Source: Prasinococcaceae sp. CCMP 1430 (lineage: Eukaryota; Plantae; Prasinodermophyta). Taken from it: a stretch of DNA of 64,000 nucleotides. The stretch is from positions 69,832 through 133,831 of the forward strand of contig RQSC01000025.1 in the NCBI GenBank assembly GCA_013416795.1. Direction: 5' to 3'. The notes below the pieces were generated by a model. It did no database searches. It was not told where the DNA came from and saw only the letters and a program-made list of their open reading frames with translations. A program made the position numbers and the translations under genes. Shown here in pieces: positions 42,301 through 52,678 of this stretch (its first letter is position 1; every line of letters begins with the position of its first letter).

Positions 42301-43971
42301 CTCTTTCGCTCGAACCGGGCGGACCAGCGCAGGTATCGGCTGTATTTGTACGCCGCATTCGTGGCGTCCATGCCGGCGTGTTCGCCTGAATCCCTACAGG
42401 TGTGCCTCGTGATCGACCATGACACCGACCCCACCAACGGCGTCATCGCCGTCAACCCGGACGCGATACCCTCCCCCACGTCGAAGAGCAAGGCCGACGG
42501 GAGTCGTATGGCTCTCAGCGATGGCGACTCGCTGGGCGCGATCGCCGCGGCGGCCGCGTCCATCGATGTGGGTAACTCGCGCGCCGTGTGTCCGTTGTCG
42601 TGGTACAGCCTGAGCGCATCGAAGGACGTCGTCGTGCCCGGCGCCCCACCCCGATGGGTGCAAGACCCCATCTTCATCACGCACGCAAACGCGCCGTGCG
42701 ACACGGCGCTGACGGTGCGTGCACTCGGCAACGATGGCAACGCGTCGACGGGCACGGCGGAGGTGGATGCGCTCCACGGCGTGGCGCTCAACTCGCTGTA
42801 CCACCCGGGCGCCGCACAGCAGCACGGCGGCGGTGCCGGGAGTCACGACGGCGTCATGACGGGGGAAGGCAATGCGAGCGAGACGACCGCCGGAGGGCAG
42901 CTCGCGTTCACTGCCAGTTCCGAGCTGTCCGCGTTTCGGGAGAGCGCAGCAGCCTCGAACGACGAGCGCGCGACCTACGTGCTGCGATACGTCAGCGGAA
43001 GCGATGCCGGCTCGGGCATCGGCGAGGTCGGCGAAGAGTGCCAGGCGGCCGGGGGTTGCTTGACCATCCTCTCCGCTGCCGAGAGTGAAGAGGGCGAACC
43101 CGCCGGGCATCACAAGCTGGGCACGGCGGCCCCCAGCGTGACCCTCCTCGCGTACTTGCCAGCGGCAGAGGACAGCGATGGTGCACGGAGCGCTCTGCGG
43201 GCAGCGTCGGCGTCAGTCTTTGGGGCTGAGTGGAAGGTCTTGACGGGATCCCCTCAACAAGGGCGCCCTCAGTCAATCGCGCACGCCGGACAGAACGGCA
43301 CCGACCTCGACGGGTCGGCGGCAGGGCACGGCGGGGAGGTAGAAGACTCTCACGACGCCGGACCGCACTATTCCCCTCGGCGCCTCGAGACGAAATGCTG
43401 GCCGGACAGGAGGACGCCGTGCACCGCCCTGCGCGTGGAGGGCTCGGGCGTGTTCGGGGGTCGCTTCAATGGACTGTACGTGCTGCACGGCTTCTTTAGC
43501 GGCGGTGGGGACGGCGGCGGCGGCGGCCTCATGGCCAATGGCTCCCTTCCGAAGGGCAACAAGACCGAGACCAGCTCGGCGTCCACGATGCTCGTCGTGC
43601 GCAGCACGCCCGATATGCTGCCGGACGACTGCGCCGCAAACGACTGCGCGCACCGCCATGGGCCGGTGTTCAAAGCGATCAATCAGACCACGGGCGATCC
43701 TCGGGCGTACCTGTACGCCTCGGGCCGCTGGTTTGGTCGCTGGGTGATAGACGAGGACGCCGACGAGTCCAATGGCGTGTGGGGGGTGGGCTACGGCACC
43801 ACGCCGAACTCGACTATCGCGGACAGGCGCTATGCATTCAGCGCGGCGCTTGGGGCGGTCTTCGCGCGCGACAACGCCAAGCCGACGACCTGGGCGATGC
43901 GCACCCAAGAGCGCGAGCACGCGGGCGAGCCGTGGGAGCTCGAGCAGCTCGAGGTGCGCTGCGAGGGGTGA
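39391..43971 (+). CDS. Large subtilisin-like S8A serine protease with Pro/Glu repeat linker and long unknown C-terminal extension
   Basis: Catalytic triad motifs YVIDTGV, GHGTAVA and GTSFATPLVAGV; also GPCVDLFAP. Signal-like N-terminus; (PE)n repeats at ~40313-40380 and ~40452-40570; 1526 aa, intronless. Confidence 0.85.
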   Translation: MPWRRRRGAGSDAARGGRATGTTLARCAVAAAAVAAAERALAAAADKAPAASHRHDKAAPDDAAAQAIFFPLSVNASELTTGIGSEESEEHANLAANITLSAPLVTAVIDAPAATSPLDSPGDFELVTRAPQASQPSAAFHPASGTVEEMAARRTIVVFQSDIVSDEDLGSLCTGRLPDTWEDRVLEEPPAEGVSRQCSEALPEIVRRKPERVACDEAACCRRTFDPLLLLGVTIEGPAPAVDAWLFCSGEYVLFTEPDAVVLGPSLGRPPMSDPSGGADGGGNVSSGSGPDSTDANDGPTVANTEEPEAEPAPEPELEPEPEPAPEPESTLMFSPPSPSFAPTPTPAGSPMLVPEPEPVSVPEPEPEPVSIPEPEPIPAALPEPPPVPVPEAPPAPLTEPPPAPGHAVEQKAEEEPEIQDKDAATDDAGAPDENALSEDTHLGRRALLTHTHDSPSLEAQAGDAVDNLLASPTCQDPSTTSWALDRMDQRRRPDLQAPARYRGLGCESESAAPSGGGGGPELQNATGLGVFIYVIDTGVDALHAEFRTQDDRTRTVKGYDYVDDIASVVDYDGHGTAVAALAAGSTTGTAPRATIVPLRALSRGTGLSSHLILALQMVATEHHFRPENPSLVVMSFTTPASNSLALAKAIERVVALGVTIVAAAGQTIFGPGSDACDVTPGGLDSVITVSGSTPGDEFMNHANMGPCVDLFAPAVDVRTACTRNSACEEVPPDVPGLSSAGSSGVDLSSQVFRTGHSIPSGASANMTTGYASVTGTSFATPLVAGVVARVLSRYPFAQPAEIKAFLKLHATRGAIRSAPPQMGAGDRNVTTNLLVHTLLESEKLAAIPSLVSQWRCLTHPECHATLYGEDEAADATGDDSQGAAQGQGGESEAAAGLDASAMTPTKDEKPEMDLIGTAWSEEISPSALPTFASTPLGTRVAVEGGLVRDGKVQGVYELVDGQEEGAGFRLFRSNRADQRRYRLYLYAAFVASMPACSPESLQVCLVIDHDTDPTNGVIAVNPDAIPSPTSKSKADGSRMALSDGDSLGAIAAAAASIDVGNSRAVCPLSWYSLSASKDVVVPGAPPRWVQDPIFITHANAPCDTALTVRALGNDGNASTGTAEVDALHGVALNSLYHPGAAQQHGGGAGSHDGVMTGEGNASETTAGGQLAFTASSELSAFRESAAASNDERATYVLRYVSGSDAGSGIGEVGEECQAAGGCLTILSAAESEEGEPAGHHKLGTAAPSVTLLAYLPAAEDSDGARSALRAASASVFGAEWKVLTGSPQQGRPQSIAHAGQNGTDLDGSAAGHGGEVEDSHDAGPHYSPRRLETKCWPDRRTPCTALRVEGSGVFGGRFNGLYVLHGFFSGGGDGGGGGLMANGSLPKGNKTETSSASTMLVVRSTPDMLPDDCAANDCAHRHGPVFKAINQTTGDPRAYLYASGRWFGRWVIDEDADESNGVWGVGYGTTPNSTIADRRYAFSAALGAVFARDNAKPTTWAMRTQEREHAGEPWELEQLEVRCEG

Positions 43972-44369
43972 CGTAAACAACAGAAAATAACACAGACGCG
44001 CGCGAAAAAGAGCCTCGCTCGCGTGCGCGCTAATTTTTTTTTGAGGTGGACGGTGCGCGCTCGACGCCGCGCGCCGCCCACGACCCCCTCTCCATCCCTT
44101 GCCGCACGACGGCCGTGGCCTGCGCCGCCGCCGTGCGGGACCCCCGGCGGATTCGCAGCCGCATCGCTCTCGTTTCTCCCTCGGCTCCACAGCGCCCGCG
44201 CGCTTCCGCTGAACGAGGAAGAAGCTTCTTACTGTTTTCAGGCGCCTTCGAAGCGATCGATTCGCGGGACATTTAAAAAAAAACACGTGAGAGGGGGTGC
44301 GGAGGGGCGCGGCAGCATGGCCATCGCTGGCACACATTGGAGGCGCCGCGCGGCGCCGCCGCGGCGGGC

Positions 44370-45039
44370 ATGGAGGTGTACCTCGCGAGCGACGCCTTCG
44401 GCTCCGACCTGCGCGCCGCCGTGAGGGAGCGCCTCGAGGCGCAGGACCGCGTGTGCCGGGTGATCGACCTGGGGGAGGCCGCGTACTACGACGCGGCCGC
44501 GGCGGTGGCGCGCGCGGTGGCGGAGCGGCGGCTGGCGCGCGGCGTGCTCGTGTGCGGCACGGGCGCCGGCGTGTGCATGGTCGCCAACAAGCACCCGGGC
44601 GTGATGGCCGTCCTCGCGCGCGACGCGGACGACGCGGCCGAGGCGAGGAGCATCAGCGGCGCGAACGTGCTCTGCCTGGGGCAGATGCGCACCTCGCCAG
44701 ACGTGGCCGGGGCGTGCGTCGACGCCTTCCTGGGCACTGGGGTGGGAGCCCCGTGCCGCGCCAGCGGTGGGGGCGCCTGGTCAGGTGCGTGTTGCTCGCG
44801 CGCGCACGGCGCACCGTCCTCAGAAGAGCTGACCCACGCCCGAGCGCGTCGTCGCCGCGTAAAATGCCGATTACAACGCAGCCGAGATCGAAGGCTTCAT
44901 CGCGCAGAGCACCGGCGGTGCGAGCGGCGCGGAGGCCTTCCGACCCGAGGGGGCCCTGGCGACTTGCTGCGCGTCGCTCGCGGCGGCCGGCGGCGCGCCC
45001 TCTGAGGGCGTGGCAGCGGACGCATCGCGCGACGGCTGA
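44370..45039 (+). CDS. RpiB/LacAB-family protein, DRT102-like, 2 exons
   Basis: ASDAFGSDL, GVLVCGTGAGVCMVANKHPGV, ARSISGANVL, PCRASG..W. Intron 44785-44881 (GTGCGT..GCTGAC..GCAG) gives WSAEIEGFIAQS, which parallels the plant DRT102 N-terminal domain. Confidence 0.8.
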
Positions 45040-45182
45040 GGCGACCACAGTCGACGAGTGAGGCACCAACACGAAGTAATAAGCGAGTACACTGTACATG
45101 TATATATATATGGTCGCGACGCGTGCGGGCGCGAGCAACCCCCTTTTCACTCCTCTCTGGCTGGCGCGGCGCCACTGCTACG

Positions 45183-46539
45183 CTACGCGCTGTCCATCGC
45201 CGAGCCGTCTGGCGGGGTGCTGCTGCCCGCAGTGCTGGCGATGCTGGCATCGGCGGCGCTCTCTCCCGCGGGGTCGGGCGCGAGGCCTCCGCTCGCGGCC
45301 GCCGCCACCTCAGCTGCGCTCTGTGGCAGCCCGGCGTCGTCGCGGGCGGGGTCCAACTCTGTCAACGACGCGGCCGAGCCTTCTTCGCCGCCGATCATCT
45401 GCCTCCGCACCAGATTGGAGTACGGCCCGCCCTCGTTGGCCAGCAGCTCCGCGTGCGTGCCCTGCTCCAGCAGACGGCCCTTTGAGAAGACCGATATGGC
45501 GTCGCTGTCGATGACCGTGGCCAGTCTGTGCGCCACCACGATGGTCGTGCGCCCCTCTTGCAGCGTGTCGAGCGCATCCTGCACGAGCGCCTCCGACTCG
45601 GCGTCCAGGGCACTCGTCGCCTCGTCCAGGAGCAGCACGCGCGGGGACCGTATGATGGCGCGAGCGATCGCGATGCGCTGCTTCTGCCCGCCGCTCAGCT
45701 GCGTGCCGCGCTCGCCCACGAGGGTCTCGTAGCCGTCCGGGAGGGCAGTCACGAACGAGTGCGCGTTCGCGGCCCGCGCCGCCTCCTCGATCTCGGCCTC
45801 GCTGGCCGTCGGCTTCCCGTACATGATGTTCGCCCGGACGCTCCCCGAAAAGAGCACGGGCTCTTGCGCCACCAGCCCCAGGTTAGAGCGCAACCAGTCC
45901 TGCGAGAGCCCCCTGAGGTCGTTGTCGTCCAGCCGGATCGCGCCGGCGACGGGGTCGTAGAAGCGCAAGAGCAGGCGGATGATGGTGCTCTTGCCGCTGC
46001 CGCTCGCGCCCACCAGGCTCATCTTCTGGCCGGGCGCCACGCGCATGCTCACGCCACGGAGGACCATCTGCTCCGGCCGAGCCGGGTAGAAGAAGTGCAC
46101 GTCCTGCAGCTCCACCGCGCCCCTGAAGTCGCCCTTGGGCACCGCTATCCCGCTCCGGCTGTCGCCCATGGCCGGTTCTCGCGCCAGGAGCGCGAAGACG
46201 CGCTCGCTCGCGCCGAGAGCCTGAGCGAAGGACACGAAGAGGCCCGCGAGGAACCCGAACGAGCTGGCGATCTGGATGGCGTACAGCAGGAAGCCGCTCA
46301 GCCCGCCGGCGGTGATCTGGTCCGCCAGCACGAGGCGCCCGCCCTGCTCAGGCCAATGAGAGTGACGGCGGGGGGTGGGCGGATGGGGTGGGCGGGATTT
46401 GCGTCAGAGGGAGTGTCAGCGCTCGCGCGTTGCACGGAGGGCCACTCGCTCTCGCTCGCTGCGCAACCCCGAAGGGGACGCTGCGCGTGCGAGCGACCAA
46501 AAGCTCACGACGTGTCAGAGCGCACGCGCGCGCGCGCGA

Positions 46540-46581
<42 letters not shown>

Positions 46582-48144
46582 CGCGCGCGGACGCACGTAG
46601 GCCAGCACGAGCACCAGCGTGCCGAACGAAGCCGCATACGTAATGCCCTGGAACCCAGCGCCGGCGATGGTCATGCTCTTCCCGAGCGTCAGCGTGCTCA
46701 GTATGGCGGACGTGTACTCCCGGCAGGCGGTTCTCTCCGCGGCAAAGGCCTTCACCGTCCTCACGTTCGAGAGGGACTCCTCCGCCCTCGTGGCGGCCTT
46801 GGCCAGCTGGTCCTGGAACGCCTTGCGATAGGTGCGTATGTACCTGCCGAAGACGACCATCGAGACGGCGAGGATGGGCACGGACGTGACGACGAGCAGC
46901 GTGAGGCGCCAGGACGAGTAGGCCATGAGCACCATCGAGCCGATGATCTGAATTGCGTACCGGAAGAGCATCGACACGTTGGCCGTCGCGGCGTCCTGCA
47001 GAGTCTCGGTGTCGGAGCCGAGGCGGGAGATGAGGTCGCCCGTCTTCTCCGTGTCGAAGAAGGCGATGTCCTGGCGCACGATCGACCTGAAGAGCGAGTT
47101 GCGCAGCCTCGCCACGACGCGCTGGCCCGCGTAGTTGAAGCAGAACGCCCGAATGGACGTGGTGACGGCCGAGCCGACCACCACGAGCGTGAGCACCAGT
47201 ATGGCGACGTTCAGGCCGTGGATGGCCTCCTCGTGCGTGCGCGTGTCGGCGTTGGTGGCGACCGCGTCGATGACCCTCGCGACGCAGAGGGGAAGGGCGA
47301 GCGAGCCTCCCTGGCCCAGCAGCAGCATGACGAAGCCGAGCGCCAGGAGCCCCCCCTCGGGCTTGGCGAGCGCCAGCAGCCGGCGCATCGTGGAGCGAGC
47401 GCGCCCGCTGGACTCGCGCGCGCGCTCGATGGCCGCGGCCGCCTCGGCTGCGCCGCCCGCCTCGGCCTCCCCGAACAGGTCGTCGTCGCTCCTGCCGTCG
47501 GAACCGTCCGCGTCGTCGTCGGCCTCGCTCCCCGCGCCGGCCACCGCGAGCGGCATCGCGCAGCAGACGTGCGCCACGCTGAAGACCAGGGCGAGGATCG
47601 CGAGGGCGAGGTCCATGCCGTCGCACTCGGGGCGCGTCGTCGTCGCGTGCTTCTCCACGCGCAGGATGCACACGATCGCCGACGCCACGGACGTGCCGAG
47701 CGCGCCTGCGAGCAGGACCATCGCGAGGACGAGGCAGACCATGGCGGAGCGCGCGGCCTTCTTCCGGGCGCTCGGCGTCAGCGCGCTCGCGACGCCGGCG
47801 AGCGCGACGCGCGCCAGCCCGAGGACCAGCAGCGCGAAGGCGCCCCCGAAGCGATTGTGGCTGGGCTCGAGCATCTCCGCGGCGCACGAGCGGCGGACGA
47901 GCGCCACCGTGGCCAGGGACAGCCCGTCCGCGGCTGCCACGGACGACGCGATTGTGACCGCCCAGCCGCCGCGCGCGCGGCGGAGCGGCGCCGCGCCCGC
48001 CGCATTATTGTCCGCGGCGGAGGAGGGGGACCTCAGCACGCTTGAGTTGCTGCCGTTGCTGGGGAGGAGCGCCTCCCGCGCGCCTTCGTCGCCGCCGTCC
48101 CGCGCGGCGAAGTCCCAGTCGCGGCGGCGGCTCGAAGGCCCCAT
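45183..48144 (-). CDS. ABCB half transporter (TAP/ABCB10/plant ABCB27-like), 2 exons
   Basis: Extra N-terminal TM block, TMD (QDIAFFD..KTGDLISRL), intron 46596-46344 (phase 0, VLAY|GGRLV), NBD with GASGSGKST, LSGGQKQRIAIARA and LLLDEATSALD. Confidence 0.9.
46542..46581 (+). repeat. 40-nt poly-G tract inside the ABCB intron
   Basis: Uninterrupted G run (poly-C on the sense strand). Other long C runs lie at ~211-238 and ~12608-12620. Confidence 0.85.
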
Positions 48145-48649
48145 CTAGAGTAGCCCCAGCGCCGCGTATGAGCAATGTGGTAGCTGGTCTCTGAGCGGTG
48201 CCGCGCCGGCGCGGCGCGGCGCCGCGCGAAAGCCTTTCCCTGTCCCGCTCGCCTGCGGGCTGCCACAGCGTGCGTGGGCGCGTGGGCCCTCCGGCGGCGC
48301 GACCCCGCGCCGCGGCGCCGCGCGCGCGCCCTGTGGCGCGCACTTCTCGCGCGATCGGCGGAGCGCGCGGAAAAAAAAAACATTGTGTATTGGGGTTTGA
48401 TAGTTTAGGGTTTAAGTCAACGCGTTGTGGGCAGGGGCGCGCTCGGCTTGTGTACAGGGTGCCACAGCGCCCGCCCGCCCGCCCGGGAGGGGGTGTTCCG
48501 GATCGCGCACCCGTCTTTCCCGCGCCTGTGCCGTGTGGGCCGGTGAGAAAACAAAGGAAATGTGCGCAAAAAGCAACACCATCCGACCCTCAAGATAATG
48601 GTGTCATTTACCCACGGGCGATCAATTACATGAGGCTTGCCTCGCCACA

Positions 48650-48873
48650 TACAATCTGATGGTACTGTACAGCACCAGTTGGAATCATACGATGGCAAGT
48701 TTAACGCCCAGCAAATGCTTCGCAAAGTTTTCACCCTGGAGAGAAGCGGGCGCGGGGCGCGAGCGCGAAGCCCCGCCGCGGACCCAGGAATCGCACGGAC
48801 GCGGAGCGCTGTGGAGGTGGGCTTCCCGAACGCATCTGCCATCCGATGGTACTGTACTGTGCCATCGATGGTA
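48650..48873. promoter_or_regulatory. TACCATC/GATGGTA palindrome cluster in the ABCB/WD40 divergent promoter
   Basis: TACAATCTGATGGTA 48650-48664, TGCCATCCGATGGTA 48837-48851, TGCCATCGATGGTA 48860-48873, with GTACTGTAC linkers. Confidence 0.5.
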
Positions 48874-49004
48874 CACATGGAACTGAACTGGAACTGCTTT
48901 CGCGATGCCGATTCCGCACCTCCATCGATCCATGGGAGAGTGGCGAGAGGGCCCTGACGAAACGACCCTCGAGGGCCGCTGCTGGGTCGCACCACCCTTT
49001 GCAT

Positions 49005-49078
49005 TTTGATGTGGGCGCTGTCGTTTCGCGTGCGCGTTCGCGGGCGATGTGACAGCGGGGCTTTTTTGTGCGCGCGCG
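49005..49078 (+). promoter_or_regulatory. Conserved bipartite upstream element, copy 1 (upstream of the WD40-repeat gene)
   Basis: TTTGATGTGGGC..TCGTTT..CGATGTGACAGCGGGGCTTTTTT; aligns box-for-box with 57663-57731. Confidence 0.6.
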
Positions 49079-49192
49079 GCCGCGCGGCCGCGCGGCGGCG
49101 GCGGTGGCGGCGCCAGTGGCGCCACTGCGCGTGCAGCTGGCGGCCAAGGACAGGTGACCACTGCGCGCGCGCGGGGAGGCCCAGGACAGGCG

Positions 49193-50392
49193 ATGGACTT
49201 AGCGCGCATGATGTGCGTGTGGGGTGCGCCGACCGACGAGGCGGTGCACGTGCTCGAGGGGCACGAGGATACTGTGTTTTCGGTGTGCTGGAGCCCGGAC
49301 GGCTCGCGCCTGGCCTCGGCGAGCTTCGACAGGACGGTGCGCGTGTGGGTCGCGGGGGACGCGTCGACCGGCACGGCGGTGCATGTGCTCGAGGGCACAG
49401 TTTTTGTGCGCTCACTGTGCTGGGGCCCGGACGGCTCGCGCCTTGCGGCGAGCGACGACAAGACGGTGCGCGTGTGGGACGCGTCGACCGGCGAGGCGGT
49501 GCACGTGCTCGAGGGACACGAGCATGTCGTGCGCTCGATGTGCTGGAGTCCGGACGGCTCGCGCCTGGCGTCGGCGAGCGACGATAAGACGGTGCGCATG
49601 TGGGACGCGTCGACCGGCGAGGCGGTGCGCGTGCTTGAGGGACACAGCCACTGCATGTACTCACTGTGCTGGAGTCCGGACGGCTCGCGCCTGGCGTCGG
49701 CGAGCGCCAACAAGACTGTGCGCGTGTGGGACGCGTCGACAGGCGAGGCGGTGCGCGTGCTCGAGGGACACGAGGATACTGTGACTTCGGTGTGCTGGAG
49801 CCCAGACGGCTCGCGCCTGGCGTCGGCGGGTTGGGACAACACGGTGCGCGTGTGGGACGCGTCGACCGGCAAGGCGGTGCACGTGCTCGAGGGACACAGA
49901 CAATGGGTGCACTCGGTGTGCTGGAGCCCGGACGGCTCGCGCCTGGCGTCGGCGAGCGACGACAGGACGATGCGCGTGTGGGACGCGTCGACCGGCGAGG
50001 CAGTGCACGCGTTCCAGGGATATAGGGATTGTGTGGGTTCACCGTGTTGGAGCCCGGACGGCTCGCGCCTGGCGTCGGCGAGCGACGACAAGACTGTGCG
50101 CGTGTGGGACGCGTCGACAGGCGACGCGTTGCACGTGCTCGTGGGACACGAGGATACTGTGACTTCGGTGTGCTGGAGCCCCGACGGCTCGCGCCTGGCG
50201 TCGGCGAGCAGAGACTACACGGTGCGCGTGTGGAGATTCACTTTAGGACTACCTGACATTTACAAGCGCTTGCGCTCGCGCGAAGTCCAGCGTCGATCCA
50301 CTCGAGCGCACTGGAGCACTCAATCGGCGCGCGCACGCGCTTCGAGGCGAGAGCTCGCGCGCGGCAATGGCAGCAGCTCCGCTCCTCCGTAA
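49193..50392 (+). CDS. WD40 protein built of 8 highly similar repeats (HET-E/HNWD-like propeller, no NACHT visible)
   Basis: Eight repeats of consensus VHVLEGHxxxVxSVCWSPDGSRLASASxDxTVRVWDASTGEA. DNA period is exactly 126 bp for repeats 3-8 (WS codon at 49544, 49670, 49796, 49922, 50048, 50174). Start codon uncertain. Confidence 0.8.
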   Translation: MDLARMMCVWGAPTDEAVHVLEGHEDTVFSVCWSPDGSRLASASFDRTVRVWVAGDASTGTAVHVLEGTVFVRSLCWGPDGSRLAASDDKTVRVWDASTGEAVHVLEGHEHVVRSMCWSPDGSRLASASDDKTVRMWDASTGEAVRVLEGHSHCMYSLCWSPDGSRLASASANKTVRVWDASTGEAVRVLEGHEDTVTSVCWSPDGSRLASAGWDNTVRVWDASTGKAVHVLEGHRQWVHSVCWSPDGSRLASASDDRTMRVWDASTGEAVHAFQGYRDCVGSPCWSPDGSRLASASDDKTVRVWDASTGDALHVLVGHEDTVTSVCWSPDGSRLASASRDYTVRVWRFTLGLPDIYKRLRSREVQRRSTRAHWSTQSARARASRRELARGNGSSSAPP

Positions 50393-50470
50393 GAAGCGTG
50401 TCTAGTGGCAGTCTTACGCGTCCTCGCCCACCGCGCCGCCCGGCCGCGCGCCGCCACCCGCCGCCGTCGC

Positions 50471-52627
50471 TCACTCGTCATCGCTGCCCGCCCTGGCTTC
50501 CTCGCCGGTCGCCAAGGTGATGCTGTGCACGGCGTCGCCCTCGTTGAGCGTGACGAGCTTGTGCCCCTTGGCTTGTCGCCCCGAGACGTTTATGCTGCTC
50601 AGCGGGATGCAGTTGACGATGCCTTCCTTGGTGGACACGATGATGCACGTGTCCTCCGCGGCGATGGTCTCCTGGTCGGGCGTGACCTGTATGGCCGCCA
50701 GGGTGGTGCCCCCGTCGAGCTTGAGCAGCTTGACGCCGACGCCTCCCCTGCTCTGCTCCCTGAACATGCTGAGCGGCACGCGCTTGGCCAGCGCGTTGGA
50801 GGACACCACCAGCAGCGAGGGCCCCTTGTAGTCGCTGGCGGACTCGCAGGGGTCCTCGATGGCCGCCGCCGCGTCCGCGGGGATGATGTCGCAGGCGACC
50901 ACCTCGTCGTCGTCGTCGGTGATGGAGATGCCCTTCACGCCGCTCGACGAGCGGCCCGCCTGCCGGAGGTCGTCGACGCTGATGAGGATGGCCTTGCCCA
51001 TCGCGGTCGCGATCGCCACGCGCGAGCCCGGCGGCGCCTCGGAGGAGAAGCACAGCTTGTCGCCGGGCAGCCGCATCTTCATGGCGATGATGCCCGCCCG
51101 GTTGATGTTCTCGAACTGGCCCAGCGCCGTGCGCTGCACCAGGCCCTTCCGCGTGACGTTGACGAGGGAGGCGTCGCCGCCGAAGTCGTGCACGGTGATG
51201 AGCGACTGCACCCGCGCGTCGGTGGGCAGCGACAGCAGCGAGGTCACGCGCTCGCCGCTCGAGGCGCGCGTGGCCTCCGGTATGGCGTGCGCCTGCAGGC
51301 GGTACGCCTTGCCCGTGTCGGCGAAGAGCAGCAGCGTGTTCATGGTGGAGCACTGGGTCATGCAGATCAGGTTGTCGGTCTTCGCGCGGTTGGACGTGCC
51401 CGCCTGGAACTTGTGGCCCTTGGTGCCCTTGCGCTGCTGGCGCGCGATCGCGTTGGCGCTCATGCGCTTGAGGTAGCCCATCTCGGTGAGCGTCACGATG
51501 CACTCCACGTCCTCGATGACCTCCTCCGGGTCGTCCTCCGCCGCCGCCTCGCTGCTGACGATGGCCGTGCGCCGCTCGGTCCCTATCGCCCCCGCGAGCG
51601 ACGCCGTCTCCTCCCTGATGATGGCCATCACGCGCGCGTCGTCCGCGAGGATGCCCGAAAGCTCGGCGACGGTCGCCTCCAGCTCCGCCGCCTGCTCCCT
51701 GAGCTTGGCCAGCTCCAGCCCCGACAGCCTGCGCAGGGGCATCTCGAGCACCATCTCGGCCTGCTTGCGGCTCATGCCCAGGCGCTCGAGCATGGCGTGC
51801 GTTTGCTCCGCGCTGGTGCTCTCCTTTTTTTTTGTTGCGAGTGTTGGTGTTGGTTTCGTTTGTGTTGGTTTGTTGTTGCGTGTGGACGGGCGGGTGTGTG
51901 GGCGGGGTGTGGGTGGAATTGGGGTGGAACGCCGGCGTCAGCGGCGCGAGCCGGGCACGGAGCACGCCGGCCAGGCAGCGCCGCGCCGCGCTCCCGCGCG
52001 CACCTTGAGCTCGCGGATGATCTCCTCGGCGTTGACGCTCGCGAGGACGAAGCCCTGCACGCGGTGCAGCCTGCGCTCCGCCTCGCCCAGCGCGTGGCGC
52101 GTGCGGCGCTGCACGACGTCGAACCTGAAGTCGAGGTACGCGCGCAGCATCTCGCGCATCCCCATGAGCTTGGGCTCGCCGTCGTGGATGGCGATCATGT
52201 TCGCCGCGAAGCGCGTCTCCATGCCCGTCAGCTTGTACAGCTGGTGCAGCACGCGCTGCGGCTCCGCGCTGCGCTTGACCTCGACCACCAGCCGCATGCC
52301 GTCCCTGTCGCTCTCATCGCGGACGCCCGACACGCCCTCCAGTTTCTTGTCGTCGGCGAGCTCGGCGATGCGCTCGGCGAGCGACGCCTTGTTGGTGCCG
52401 TACGGCAGCTCGGTGATGACGATCGAATGGCGCCCGCGCTCCCCCTTCTCGAAGGCCGCCACGCCGCGCACCGTGAAGCGCCCGTTGCCCGTGCGGTACA
52501 TGGCGCGCAGCCCGCCGTCGTCGACGATCTGGCCGCCGGTCGGGAAGTCCGGCGCGGGGAGGCGCGCCATGAGCGCGTCGACGCCGACGTCCGCGTCGTC
52601 GATGAGCGCCTCGAGCGCCGCGGCCAC

Positions 52628-52678
<51 letters not shown>

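Noticed and set aside
49247-50233. 126-bp periodic array as a CRISPR-like or non-coding repeat
   Set aside because: The period is a multiple of 3, it translates as WD40 repeats in one open frame, there is no repeat-spacer structure, and the context is eukaryotic.
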